This document shows positions 41,701 through 50,279 of a DNA stretch of 64,000 bases, piece after piece (position 1 is the first letter of the stretch; every line of letters starts with the position of its first letter). The DNA comes from Verrucomicrobiales bacterium. Lineage in GTDB: Bacteria; Verrucomicrobiota; Verrucomicrobiia; Verrucomicrobiales; V1-33. The position numbers and the translations under genes were made by a program. The DNA lies in contig JANOAV010000101.1 of the NCBI GenBank assembly GCA_031411295.1, positions 1 through 64,000 on the forward strand. Reading direction: 5' to 3'. The notes beneath the pieces are model-generated. The model ran no database searches, was not told the origin of the DNA, and worked only from the letters and a program-made list of their open reading frames with translations.

Positions 41701-43398
41701 TTTCCTCTTGATTTTGAATTCCTGGCCTCCGACCAGGGCGGTGGCTTGGGGGATGGGTTGCAGCGCTTCATCCAGCACCGTGATTGCAGTGCCGGCAGCA
41801 CTTACGCGGCTGATGACTTTTAGCTTCCCCTTACGAATCAATGCGCGGTTGGATTTCCCGTTGCCCATGAAATCGATCACCCACACCCCGCGTTTCTTGC
41901 CTAACTCAGGGAATGCGAAATGCCGCGACATCCGTCGCATCGGTGGTTCCGCGTAATCTGCCTGCTGCGTGAGATTCGGGATCAGCCCATCCAGATTGAT
42001 GCCCGGATCAAGACTGGTGGCTCCGCCGCGATAGTAGTTCAGCGTGTTTAGTTCAAAAATCTGCACTGCCAGGTGCGGCACATTTTTGATGAATAAATCC
42101 AGGGCTACTGCTTGGTCAGGAGCGAATTCCAGTGGATTGGTGGGCGCGAAATCAATGTCCACTCGATCCCGCAATCGCTCAATTTCCGCTGGAGTTACCA
42201 TCGACGCCAGTTTCTCCTCATCACCTGTTCCGGCGGTGAGATTGGCTTCAGCGAAGATCGATTTCACCACGTCTTGGTCGAGGTCAGGAACCGGCTTAGC
42301 TCCTGCCAGGAAATGCAGCAGGTAGTTCCGCACTAGTTCATCATCTGCTCCCACATTGGGAAACCCGGTGATGGCTTGAAAGTCTCCGCCTAGCTTCAAA
42401 TAGTCGCTTGGCTGCGTCTGCTCGTTGGCCTTGAACGTGCTGAGGTGCGGCGTGCTCCATGGCAGCGCCAGATAGGCTTGAAGAAGATCAATCGTTGGCT
42501 TTCCCCGACGCCAATCATGATCCAGTCGATGATAGAGCACGTGCGCTTTCAACGAATTAAACGTTGCCGCCAGTGGCTTTACAAAGGCATACGCGGTAGT
42601 GAGCCACTGCTCGCGTGCGGCGGTGTTGGTGGCCAGATTCACTTCCTCGCTGGGCTGAAGTTTCCGCAGCCATGCGTGAATGAACTTGGTGGATAGCAGC
42701 AAATCCGGTTTGGCCTTGCTGAGCGTTTCCAGTTGCGGGATCAGCAAATTTTCGTGGAGGGGAAACTCACCAAACCCCGTGGATGCCTTGGTCTGCAAGT
42801 CCGCCAGCACCAACTCCTGCAGTCCCGGTAAATCCGGACGTTCCAGTTTGCGAAGCACATAGCGACGCTGAGTAGGTGTGAGCGGCACCTTGTCCCGCAG
42901 CAGCGATTCCAACGCTGGTAGTTGCAGTCCGTTCAGGTCCTCTTTGCCATCCATTGCCTGCTTCAGGAAAACATCCCTGGCAATGAGCGCAGGATCCAAT
43001 TTCGCGGGGAGATTCGGCTTCGCATTGGGGACCTCCTGGTTGTGATTGAATTGCAAATTCAGCGCTTCTGTCAGGTAAGCCAGCGTGGCCTTCGGGTCCG
43101 TCTCATAAATCAGCAGTGCCTGCCGACGCTGGATCTCCTTGCGCAACGAGGATTCCTTGGTGCGCGCGGTCCATTCCTCCAGCAGCGTTTTCAACTCCGC
43201 CTGTTTTCCGGTGTTTTGGAAATGCAGCGCATGGTAGAAATAGTAATCCTCGGTGCCCGCCACCAGTTCCTTGAGCACGGCTGCGCGATCCTGCGCCAGC
43301 GCGAATTTCTCCACGAAGCCAATTTCCTGCTCCGCCCGCAGCAGCGAGCCAAACATGAGGGACCAAACAACAGAGCATCGGAGGAGTCGGGAGTTCAT
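35740..43398 (-). CDS. Giant (2552 aa) secreted PVC-type hypothetical protein with internal secretin-N/TPR block and in-frame palindromic insertions
   Basis: Uninterrupted ORF; signal peptide; EIGFVEKFALA start; HLEYSPLVNARAH and KDGYTDLRGKFDY motifs; TPR motifs. Confidence 0.85.
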   Translation of the reverse strand: MNSRLLRCSVVWSLMFGSLLRAEQEIGFVEKFALAQDRAAVLKELVAGTEDYYFYHALHFQNTGKQAELKTLLEEWTARTKESSLRKEIQRRQALLIYETDPKATLAYLTEALNLQFNHNQEVPNAKPNLPAKLDPALIARDVFLKQAMDGKEDLNGLQLPALESLLRDKVPLTPTQRRYVLRKLERPDLPGLQELVLADLQTKASTGFGEFPLHENLLIPQLETLSKAKPDLLLSTKFIHAWLRKLQPSEEVNLATNTAAREQWLTTAYAFVKPLAATFNSLKAHVLYHRLDHDWRRGKPTIDLLQAYLALPWSTPHLSTFKANEQTQPSDYLKLGGDFQAITGFPNVGADDELVRNYLLHFLAGAKPVPDLDQDVVKSIFAEANLTAGTGDEEKLASMVTPAEIERLRDRVDIDFAPTNPLEFAPDQAVALDLFIKNVPHLAVQIFELNTLNYYRGGATSLDPGINLDGLIPNLTQQADYAEPPMRRMSRHFAFPELGKKRGVWVIDFMGNGKSNRALIRKGKLKVISRVSAAGTAITVLDEALQPIPQATALVGGQEFKIKRKVEGDVRRPATPAAAPTGAAPGLVTSPSTDFEIFLPFSSKPGPQPIIVTDGAGFAQVETVNLAGEEYSLRAGFHVPMESLVSGHKATVAIRPSLFINQTPIDISLLEEVKLTVSANNHDGTETSVHDETLKLKADAEATYEFTVPERLASLHFKLEGKITSLTTGGKLDLHAETSVSVAENLSEAKIHSRIWLTQIDGSYFIERLGLSGEPLAGEQCEIGLYHGEFTNVVKVNFTTDARGMGELGAMQGIQVIEVASGGHRANFLIPHPKASSSNGNVIQVTAGQPIVLPWLSMAEKPSAPSVSLLERNRGLFVKDVLSDKTAKVKSGYLVLNSLPPGDYSLRYGEPFQTYYIQVSSGKNVATHLLGEARTMDAAEFGTLQIISTKLDPGQLEITLGGAGPEARLHLLASRFVPEFDGFESIGELIGPPPNSFSPWTWDALPTSFLPSRTLDAEYRYVMERRGVKKFPGNMLPRPGLLLNPMATGETTTQDSGFGQGVGPGHGLGFVGMLPPAMRSRNEPSHRDPLSFDLSFLTHPGVTMFNLKPDKDGKIIVKRAALNDAQFIRLLAMDNQSSIERNLSLPAAKTEVRDLRFTNGLNPKAHFAMHNEISILPKDVPVTIPDVSNTHFEVMEDLGKVFNLYETLNEEARLHYFDWLPKWPTLKPERQRELYSQYACHELNFFLQRKDPEFFKVVILPYLKNKRDQTFLDHYLLGDDLKSYLTSWNYRQLNTLERILLGQRHPEEAAATAREIRELWENTTPDVAQLGRMFDAALGGSALTGGSAAEMGVAAAAYAAPDASAFAEQGSANMLKLRNTNLPLLSFDKASIEEVISFLRSKSIELDNLDPNKAGVNFILDTKGRPTAPITLELRDVPLIVALDQVCSLAGLSYRVDPHAVIISSLDGSSNSLETRVFKVAPNFLGTAGGDGSGMVADPFAPATVHPAKRGPPPTAKEVLSALGANFEALGSSATYLPGSNRLIVKNTLQQLDFIDKITDDLGASKAPNLKSPTRGKLPSFSPPAAADPFAAPEEKLSEAETIKRLQRIENGKKLEADADRMMADGDYEGALKGYRAALGMYPNAPMSAEDRARTVTKFSNASVKQADKLGKNGRFDEGKNLLAEALDFDNDNGSVKTLLKRLDDPDYYNPSMTDRHYKNTEEVAKYLKQGSGYFDLGQFNEAEDSFNKILAIDPHNPDARRWLEKTEHEIDNYLVSARDHTRAHMLRMVDEIWETGVPRGTTNRAADKAERREQLQRFYRKQEPTQEWAENNYYQLRSSDTKTELISVNAFWKDYAACDGKGGFLSTNLLEASGNFTEILCALAVLDLPFPSEATTAKSSLKDNTLTLTPAHGTLLFRRALKPADMAAEGKLLVRQSFFRADDRWNENGQEKELKRVTKEFLTGVVYGCEVMITNPTANHQTTEVLLQIPLGALPVLGGKATANVPLHIEAGSAAVQEHYFYFPQPGTYQHFPVHVCQGETVLASAPATSFKVVRELSDLDQTSWLYVSQMGTAEQVLEFIAKRNCQGLDLSQIAWRCQDAAFFAKLIPALEERRLYDDTIWSYGIKHNVPEVMREYLLGQADFLNGCGPAMESKLLVIDPVALKNYEHLEYSPLVNARAHRMGSKPVVLNDALGKQYAALLNVLAHQRELRAEDRLAVTYYLLLQDRVDEALDMLNGGSALPRATPEPSQQQKKGDAQQRITTDDVAERLQMDYLQAVLAWQQADTKTARALATLHITEPVDHWREKFQEVLAQLDELEGGKTEAMKADSREQQQNQLAASEPHLEFKMEGTNVALKYQKLTTVTVNYYAMDLEFLFSAAPFVSSDPARFSLIQPSKTETLQLAADQTTHRFALPKEYHHANVLVEITGGGKKQAQAHFANELEVNLSQAQGRLQVLAAEGSGGAPVTDKGSEGAPSTKGHRPLSKVYVKVYAEVNGTPQFHKDGYTDLRGKFDYVSVSTPTAGITRYSLLIMSEQHGATVREVAPPQE
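35957..36010. repeat. Tandem GTAG/GTAA-tailed REP-like hairpins inside CDS
   Basis: gtag-agggagcg-ccct-cgctccct followed by gtaa-ct-ggagcg-cccc-cgctcc. Confidence 0.7.
36601..36681. repeat. Inverted doublet of GTGG-tailed hairpins inside CDS
   Basis: ggtgatgcgc-tgct-gcgcgtcacc (36604-36627) and ggtagcgcgc-ggca-gcgcgctacc (36655-36678) in opposite orientation. Confidence 0.75.
41618..41700. repeat. GTGGAGGGCG-family REP doublet, intragenic in-frame copy
   Basis: gtggagggcgaggtgacgagacc ... tgctggtctcctaacgtcgccctccac; same arms as the intergenic copies. Confidence 0.9.
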
Positions 43399-43523
43399 AG
43401 GGGTTATCCCTACTCGTTAACGAATTTTTCTCCAAGGAGAAAATCAGTGAGATTGCAGTCAAGCGGAGCGATGAAGCGTAAAGTAGTCATCATCGCTCCG
43501 CGTGATGACCAGCGCGTAACGCC

Positions 43524-45458
43524 CTAACCGGGATGCTTGAGGAAATAGAATCGCCCATCCTCGGCTCCGCCTAGGAAATCTGGGGTGCCATCGCCATCGA
43601 AATCCACCACGGCAGGGCTGACGTCGTGGCCTTCGATGTTCTTCTTATCAAGGCTTCCCGCATTTTTGAACGTCCAAGTGCCATCTTTGGATGACGTTTG
43701 CTGATAGAAATCCGCATTGCTGGAGTTGAGGAGCAAATCAAATTTGCCATCCCCATCCCAATCTGTGAGGCACAGCTTACGCCGCCCACTGGCTCCGGCG
43801 GTCTTGGGATTCAACCGCAGCGGTTGGCCCTGTTCATCCAGGAATGCTCGACGCGGTGCCTTGAGGGTCAGGATGCCGTTGGTTTTAATGCGCTCGAACA
43901 ATGCCAGGTAGCCCGCTTGATCCAACATGGCCAAATCCGGCAGTCCATCCTGGTTGAAATCATGCACGACTGGAGTGGTGCGCCATTGGGTGAGCAGCGC
44001 CTTGCCTTGCGGTTTTCGCCATCCCCAGTCCAAGGCTGGGGGAGTAGCAGTCCATTCCACTTCGATTGGCGCGGGTTGGGCAAACTGAGGGGCCTTGCGA
44101 CTGCCGATGTTGCGCAGCCACTGCACGTTGCCCAGAATGCTATTGAAGAGGAGGTCGGGCAGGCCATCCACATCCCAGTCCGCTACGCTGACCGTAGTGT
44201 AACCCCATTTTGCCTCGGCGGGACCTTGAATACTCCCGTTAGGTCCTGCCATGATCCGGAATGGCTTGCCATCGACCTCCAGTCTGCGCGGGGCAGCCCA
44301 TTTGGGTTGTGCCACTTTGGGGCCGCTGAGGTTTTCAAAGATTTCGATGTAGCCAGCGGTATTCCCACTGACAATGTCGGTGTCGCCATCGCCATCCCAG
44401 TCGGTTCCCACCGGAGTTGCCAGGGCTCCACATTTCAAGGTGTCGGCTACTTGTTTGAAATAGATCGGCTGGGCAAATCTTGGCGCTTGGCCTGACTTGA
44501 CTCGCCCCAAGTTTTCCACGAAAGCGACACGTCCATCTTCGTCGCCCACGATTAGGTCCGGATCGCCATCTTTATCCCAATCGAACGCTACCGGGACGAT
44601 CATTTCCAAGTCCATGCGAACCTGCGCTCCAGCAGCGTCCAGCACCCGCTGTCCTTTGCCATAGCGAGGCTCGGAGCTGGTGCCGGTGTTTTCGAAATAA
44701 GTGAAGCCATCGAGAAATTCACCGCAGATCAAGTCGAGGTCGTCATCATCATCGCAGTTGACGAAGTTAGGCGACGGGCAGCCGTAGGTCTCCAGAGGGG
44801 CATCGCCCGCTTGCAGCTGAAATGCCTCCGCATACGCTCCATCGCCTGTGTTGCGGAACACAAAGACGAATCCATGCAGCGGACCATTCTGCCACTCGCC
44901 CTGGGAGTTCCAGGCATTGTCCCACCCATAGTCGCTCCAGTCTTCGATGCCGACGATGATGTCCGTCCGATGATCCCCATCGAAATCCGCATAACGCCAT
45001 TGATTGTGGCGCAGTCGCGGTCCTCCTTTGGCCGTGCCAGTAGGTTGGTAGAAATTGGCCTTGAGGGGAAGTTTCACCTTTTCCGTAAGGCCCTTGGTGG
45101 CGAAATTCGGATGCTCAAATCCTGGCGTGAGGACGCGGAGTTTCCCCTCCACATAACTTGGCATCACATAGCGATCCGTTGCACTCAATCGACGGGCAGG
45201 CTTGAATACCGGAAGTTTATGCTGGGCGGTGTCTCCCGAAACGTTCTCAAAGAAGTAAACGCCGTTGGAGGGTTTGTCAGGACAGGAAACGATGAGGTCG
45301 AAGTCCCCATCTTCGTCGGCATCACACGGCACCGGCCAAGCCCAGAGACCAACCCCCAGATCGACGATGAGTCCGGGGTTATTGTAGGTGAGTGGCTCCA
45401 ACGCGGGCGCAGGAGCGAGGAATAGTGTGGTTAGCAGAAGGGGGAGGAAAAGATTCAT
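43524..45458 (-). CDS. FG-GAP/VCBS repeat secreted protein
   Basis: Signal peptide; repeated DxDGDGDxDL motifs; start placed at MNLFL. Confidence 0.9.
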   Translation of the reverse strand: MNLFLPLLLTTLFLAPAPALEPLTYNNPGLIVDLGVGLWAWPVPCDADEDGDFDLIVSCPDKPSNGVYFFENVSGDTAQHKLPVFKPARRLSATDRYVMPSYVEGKLRVLTPGFEHPNFATKGLTEKVKLPLKANFYQPTGTAKGGPRLRHNQWRYADFDGDHRTDIIVGIEDWSDYGWDNAWNSQGEWQNGPLHGFVFVFRNTGDGAYAEAFQLQAGDAPLETYGCPSPNFVNCDDDDDLDLICGEFLDGFTYFENTGTSSEPRYGKGQRVLDAAGAQVRMDLEMIVPVAFDWDKDGDPDLIVGDEDGRVAFVENLGRVKSGQAPRFAQPIYFKQVADTLKCGALATPVGTDWDGDGDTDIVSGNTAGYIEIFENLSGPKVAQPKWAAPRRLEVDGKPFRIMAGPNGSIQGPAEAKWGYTTVSVADWDVDGLPDLLFNSILGNVQWLRNIGSRKAPQFAQPAPIEVEWTATPPALDWGWRKPQGKALLTQWRTTPVVHDFNQDGLPDLAMLDQAGYLALFERIKTNGILTLKAPRRAFLDEQGQPLRLNPKTAGASGRRKLCLTDWDGDGKFDLLLNSSNADFYQQTSSKDGTWTFKNAGSLDKKNIEGHDVSPAVVDFDGDGTPDFLGGAEDGRFYFLKHPG

Positions 45459-46022
45459 GGCGCGGAGGTAGATGGCAGCAGGGGACCAAAGACACGTCAT
45501 CGCAGCGCAGGCTTTCAGCAAGCATGAAACCCTAAAGGATACTTGAGCTTGTCGCACAGAGGGCGTGCTGTGATCTAAATTGTATTCGTCAGTGCTCCTG
45601 CGAAAATTCAACAAAAGTGAAATTTTCCACAAAACACTTGCAAAGCGTTGCAGAAACGGACTAAACTCTCGTCAGGTAAGCCTTCCCGAGGAGTTCGAGA
45701 CTCCTCACGGTAGTTCAGGAAAAGCACGCGGACTGGTCTGTTCCGAAGATTTCGGTGCGCTGCTTCTCTCGGCTGGTAATTTGAAGGTTTCCCGCATTGG
45801 TTGTTATTGACACATTATCCCTTCCCGACCGAATCCTCGTCGTCAGGCAAGGTCAGATTTACTCCCCCGCACTTCCCTGTGCACACGGTTTCTTCCGGCA
45901 TACCCGCTTGAATTCTCGTGGACTAGCCGCAGTTCCTCCCTTACAGGGCTGGATGGCGCAGTCTCTCGAGATAGGATCCGTCTCCCCTTCTCCCGTTAAA
46001 CTCCTAGCATTCTCATTAAAAC

Positions 46023-46775
46023 ATGGCCGGTCACAATAAGTGGTCCAAAGTCAAGCACATCAAAGAACGCGTCGATGCCAAGAAAGGCAAGGTGTTCAGC
46101 AAAATGTCCCGTGAACTCACCATCGCAGCCAAAAGCGGGGGAGGGGATCCTGACGGCAACGCCCGCCTTCGGAGCGCCATTCTGGCCGCTAAATCCGTGA
46201 ATATGCCATCCGATAACATCGACCGCGCCATCAAGAAGGGCACGGGCGAGTTAGCGGGGGAAATTATTGAGGAGGCGGTTTACGAGGGGTTCGGCCCCGG
46301 TGGCACCGCTTTCATGGTTGAAGTGGTTACGGATAATAAAAATCGCGCGGTGAACGATTTGCGCGTGCTATTTAATAAGAACGGTGGTAATCTCGGCAGC
46401 GCTGGCAGTGTCGCCTTTATGTTTGACCGGAGGGGCGAAATTAAATTGCCCGCCAGTGCTGGCTCGGAGGACACTATTCTGGAACTTGCCTTGGAAGGTG
46501 GGGCGGATGATGTTATTTCCGACGAAGACGAGCACACGATTATTACTGCCATCGACCAACTCTATCAAGTTGTCGGTTGTCTCAAAACCCATCAACTCAC
46601 CCCGGCCAGCGCCCGTCTGGCCTATCTGCCGCAGAACACCACGCTCATCTCGGATGCCACAGTGGCGGCCCAAATTCTCAAACTTTACGACCTGCTGGAT
46701 GAATACGACGACAGTCAAAATGTCTATACCAACTTCGACCTCTCCGATGAGGTCATGGAGGCACTAAATAATTAG
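46023..46775 (+). CDS. yebC: YebC/PmpR family protein
   Basis: MAGHNKWS, GGDPDGN.RL, YEGFGPGG, TDNKNR. Confidence 0.96.
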   Translation: MAGHNKWSKVKHIKERVDAKKGKVFSKMSRELTIAAKSGGGDPDGNARLRSAILAAKSVNMPSDNIDRAIKKGTGELAGEIIEEAVYEGFGPGGTAFMVEVVTDNKNRAVNDLRVLFNKNGGNLGSAGSVAFMFDRRGEIKLPASAGSEDTILELALEGGADDVISDEDEHTIITAIDQLYQVVGCLKTHQLTPASARLAYLPQNTTLISDATVAAQILKLYDLLDEYDDSQNVYTNFDLSDEVMEALNN

Positions 46776-46827
46776 TTCCCACCCAACCACCACCCCCAAA
46801 TATTTCCCTGAAATTTACCCTTTTGTT

Positions 46828-48936
46828 ATGAGCGATACGCTATTTGAAACTCCGCCCGTTGAGGCGAAACCAGCCCGCAAGGCAGCCAAGAAGGTTGCCG
46901 CCAAAAAGTCGGACACCATCACTGACCCCTCACCGGTGATGGCCGCAACGGTGGCAGCTCCCGCAGCCAAGAAGGTTGCGAAGAAGGTCGTCGCCAAGGC
47001 CCCAATCGCTGAAGCACCAGCACCATCAGTGGCGGAGGTCGCTCCCGCTGCGCCAGCGAAGAAATCGACGAAGAAAGCCGCCACTCTGGAGGCCGCGTCC
47101 GCGCCTGCTCCAGCGGTGGCAGCTCCTTCCACCGTGCTCGACACCACGGATCCCAAAGCTCCCGCGAAAAAAGCAGCACGTAAAGCTGTGAGAGTGAATG
47201 CAGAAGGAGAGACCGCAGAGCCAGCATCGAAACCTGCCCAAGCCGCACCTGCACCTGCACCTCTCCTCGCAGAGGCTCCGGCGGGGGAGAAGGCGTTGTT
47301 TCGCCAGTATCCGCGCCAGGAGCGCAAACCCTATCCACCGAGAACCCCGATCGAATCCAACCATGGAAACGGTGGCAACAACGGACGCGATGCAAACGAT
47401 GGCAGGAAGGAAATTTCGGACGCTCCGAATTCATCCGATTTCCAAGGTTCTGCCACCAACCCCGGCCCTGCCGAGGGCCCGCAAGGCGAGCGCCACGAAG
47501 GTGGTGGCAAAAAGTTCCGCAAGTCGTGGAAACAACGGAAATACGAAAAGTATCTTAAGCGCAAGGCTGAGCGTGAAGCACGGATGCGTGGAGAAGGCAT
47601 CGATCCAGCCACCGCCCCGCCGCGGCCGCCGCACCCGCAGCAGCAGAATCAGCCGCGTCCGCAACATCCAAACCAGCCGCAACATCCCAAGCACCAGCAT
47701 CCGCGTCACCAGCGGGATCAGGAACGTTTCTCCCGTGAACCCCGTGATTCAAGAGATCCCCGAGAGGCTCGCGAAAGCATGGATAACGAATGGGAAGACC
47801 GTCGTCCGGATCCGAACTCCGGCCCTCCGCTGCCCACCGCTGGAATTTTGGAAATTTCGCCCAAGGGCTTCGGGTTCATCCGCTTGAAGGAAAAGAACTA
47901 TGCGCAAAGCCCCACGGATACCTTCGTTACTCCGGAGATGGTGCGTAAGTATGGCCTGCGCGATGGCGTCTGGATGGAAGGAGATTTCCTCAACGGCAAT
48001 CGTGGGCCGCAGATGACGGAACTTAAAGCAGTCAATGGACTGCCGCCTGACCACTATCGTCAGTTGCCCATTTTCGAAGAACTCACCGCCATCAATCCGA
48101 ACAAACGCTATACGTTGGAGACCGAAGAAGGTCGCAATACGATGCGGTTAGTTGATATGATCGCTCCCATCGGTCGTGGCCAGCGCGGATTGATCGTGGC
48201 GGCTCCCCGGGCGGGAAAGACTACCTTTCTGGAGCACATGGCGCAGGCGATCTTGAAGAATTACGCCGGCACTAAATTATTAGTTTTGCTAGTGGACGAG
48301 CGCCCTGAAGAAGTCACTGAGCTCACCCGGGCCTTGCCAGGTGCGGAAATTATGGCCAGCAGCAACGATGCTGATCCACGGGCTCACATCCGCATGGCGC
48401 AGCTCGCGATTGAGCGCGCGAAGCGATTGGTGGAGGCTGGGGAGCATGTATTTATGTTGATGGATTCCATCACCCGACTCGCCCGTGCCTTCAATCAAGC
48501 GATCAAGGGCGGCGGCAAAGCCATGAGCGGTGGGATCGATGCGCGGGCCCTGGAAATGCCGCGAAAAATCTTTGCGGCCGCTCGCAATACTCGTGAAGCA
48601 GGCTCCTTAACGATCATTGCCACGGCTCTGATTGAAACCAACAACAAGGGCGATGACCTCATCTTCCAAGAGTTCAAAGGCACCGGAAACATGGAATTGG
48701 TGCTGGATCGGAAGATCGCGCAACAATACGTTTACCCTGCCGTGGACATCTTCAAATCTGGCACGCGGCGGGAAGAACTGCTCCTGCCACCGTATCAGTT
48801 GGAGAAAATCAACGTCATCCGCCGGGGGCTCGCGGGACACAAGCCGATTGAAGCCATCGAGCGTCTGATTCACTTCTTGAACCGCTTCAAGAACAACAAC
48901 GAGTTGTTAATGAACATTGCGACGAAAAACGGTTAA
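46828..48936 (+). CDS. rho: Transcription termination factor Rho with long low-complexity N-terminal extension
   Basis: GILE..GFGF, PIGRGQR, APRAGKT, DERPEE, DSITRL, EFKGTGNME, SGTRREE. Confidence 0.97.
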   Translation: MSDTLFETPPVEAKPARKAAKKVAAKKSDTITDPSPVMAATVAAPAAKKVAKKVVAKAPIAEAPAPSVAEVAPAAPAKKSTKKAATLEAASAPAPAVAAPSTVLDTTDPKAPAKKAARKAVRVNAEGETAEPASKPAQAAPAPAPLLAEAPAGEKALFRQYPRQERKPYPPRTPIESNHGNGGNNGRDANDGRKEISDAPNSSDFQGSATNPGPAEGPQGERHEGGGKKFRKSWKQRKYEKYLKRKAEREARMRGEGIDPATAPPRPPHPQQQNQPRPQHPNQPQHPKHQHPRHQRDQERFSREPRDSRDPREARESMDNEWEDRRPDPNSGPPLPTAGILEISPKGFGFIRLKEKNYAQSPTDTFVTPEMVRKYGLRDGVWMEGDFLNGNRGPQMTELKAVNGLPPDHYRQLPIFEELTAINPNKRYTLETEEGRNTMRLVDMIAPIGRGQRGLIVAAPRAGKTTFLEHMAQAILKNYAGTKLLVLLVDERPEEVTELTRALPGAEIMASSNDADPRAHIRMAQLAIERAKRLVEAGEHVFMLMDSITRLARAFNQAIKGGGKAMSGGIDARALEMPRKIFAAARNTREAGSLTIIATALIETNNKGDDLIFQEFKGTGNMELVLDRKIAQQYVYPAVDIFKSGTRREELLLPPYQLEKINVIRRGLAGHKPIEAIERLIHFLNRFKNNNELLMNIATKNG

Positions 48937-49038
48937 CTCACGGGTTTGCGGCTTTTTTCGACAAGGTTTCATAAAGTTCTGGACGTTCCCAGCGGGTTTG
49001 CTTTATGAACCCCTCCTTAGCCAATCAATTTTAAACCT

Positions 49039-50175
49039 ATGCGTTTGCCCAGCCTTCCACTCATCGCCACTGCTGTTACCAGCCTCTTCACCCTTACTCA
49101 CTGCGCTTCAATGACCTCCGGTAGCTCTGGAACCGTTTCCTCCCGTTCATTCGGCAAGACCTCAGCGGGTCAACCGGTAACCATTTACAAGCTGGTCAAC
49201 CCCAAGGGGGCAGAAGTGGAAATTATGGACTGGGGTGCGACCATTGTCAGTGTGAAGGTGCCGGATAAGGCTGGCAAGTTGGGCGACGTGGTGCTCGGCT
49301 TTGATCATCTCTCCGACTACGAGACGAAGAGTCCGTTCTTCGGATGCATTGCCGGACGCTATGCTAATCGCATCGCCAAGGGGAAATTCTCCTTGGATGG
49401 CAAAGATTACACCCTCGCCACGAACAACGGTCCGAACAGCCTGCATGGCGGTAAAGTTGGGTTCGACAAGAAGTTATGGAAACGGGTGGGTGCTTCCACG
49501 GGAGCCAGTCTGACCTTGGAAATGACCAGCCCGGATGGTGACGAAGGCTACCCTGGCGCGCTGCATACCACGCTGACCTATACCTGGACGGATGCCAATG
49601 AGTTGGAAATGCACTATACCGCCACCACGGACAAGGCAACGGTGCTGAATCTCACTAATCACAGTTATTTCAATCTGGGCGGAGCGGGTAATGGCACTAT
49701 CTTGGATCATGAGCTGACCTTGAATTGCGACACCTTCACCCCGACGGATGATACCATGATTCCCACAGGAGAAATCCGTCCGGCGGCCGGAACACCTTTG
49801 AATTTCACCACGCCCCACGTCATCGGCGCTCGGATCAATGACGCCTATGTGCCGCTAACCCAAGGGAAAGGTTACGATCATAATTTCATCATCAACGGCA
49901 GTGGGATGCGCACCGCTGCGCTGGCACATGATCCCAAGTCCGGACGGACTTTGGAAGTGGTCACGACCGAACCTGCGGTGCAGCTCTATACCGGCAATTT
50001 CCTCGATGGAACCATCGTGGGTAAGAGCGGGAAACGCTACCCGCATCGGGGTGGGTTCTGTCTGGAGACCCAGCACTATCCAGACTCCCCGAACCACCCC
50101 ACCTTCCCCAGCACCGTGCTGAAGCCAGGTGACACTTACAAGCAGACTACGGTCTTCAAGTTTGGTGTGAAGTAG
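49039..50175 (+). CDS. galM: Aldose 1-epimerase (galactose mutarotase), possibly a lipoprotein
   Basis: GRYANRI, LHGG, NHSYFNL, YDHNF, CLETQ; LTHC lipobox-like. Confidence 0.95.
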   Translation: MRLPSLPLIATAVTSLFTLTHCASMTSGSSGTVSSRSFGKTSAGQPVTIYKLVNPKGAEVEIMDWGATIVSVKVPDKAGKLGDVVLGFDHLSDYETKSPFFGCIAGRYANRIAKGKFSLDGKDYTLATNNGPNSLHGGKVGFDKKLWKRVGASTGASLTLEMTSPDGDEGYPGALHTTLTYTWTDANELEMHYTATTDKATVLNLTNHSYFNLGGAGNGTILDHELTLNCDTFTPTDDTMIPTGEIRPAAGTPLNFTTPHVIGARINDAYVPLTQGKGYDHNFIINGSGMRTAALAHDPKSGRTLEVVTTEPAVQLYTGNFLDGTIVGKSGKRYPHRGGFCLETQHYPDSPNHPTFPSTVLKPGDTYKQTTVFKFGVK

Positions 50176-50279
50176 GTTGGTGGGCTGCGGGCCCGCCCCC
50201 TGCGGCAGCAAGTTAGGATTTTAGTTGGTGCGGTGGTTCGCGCCACCTTTGGTAAACTCGGGTTCAATCGTCACAATTT

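Noticed and set aside
45688..45720. tRNA or tmRNA gene
   Set aside because: Only a T-arm is present; no acceptor stem, anticodon arm or CCA could be built.
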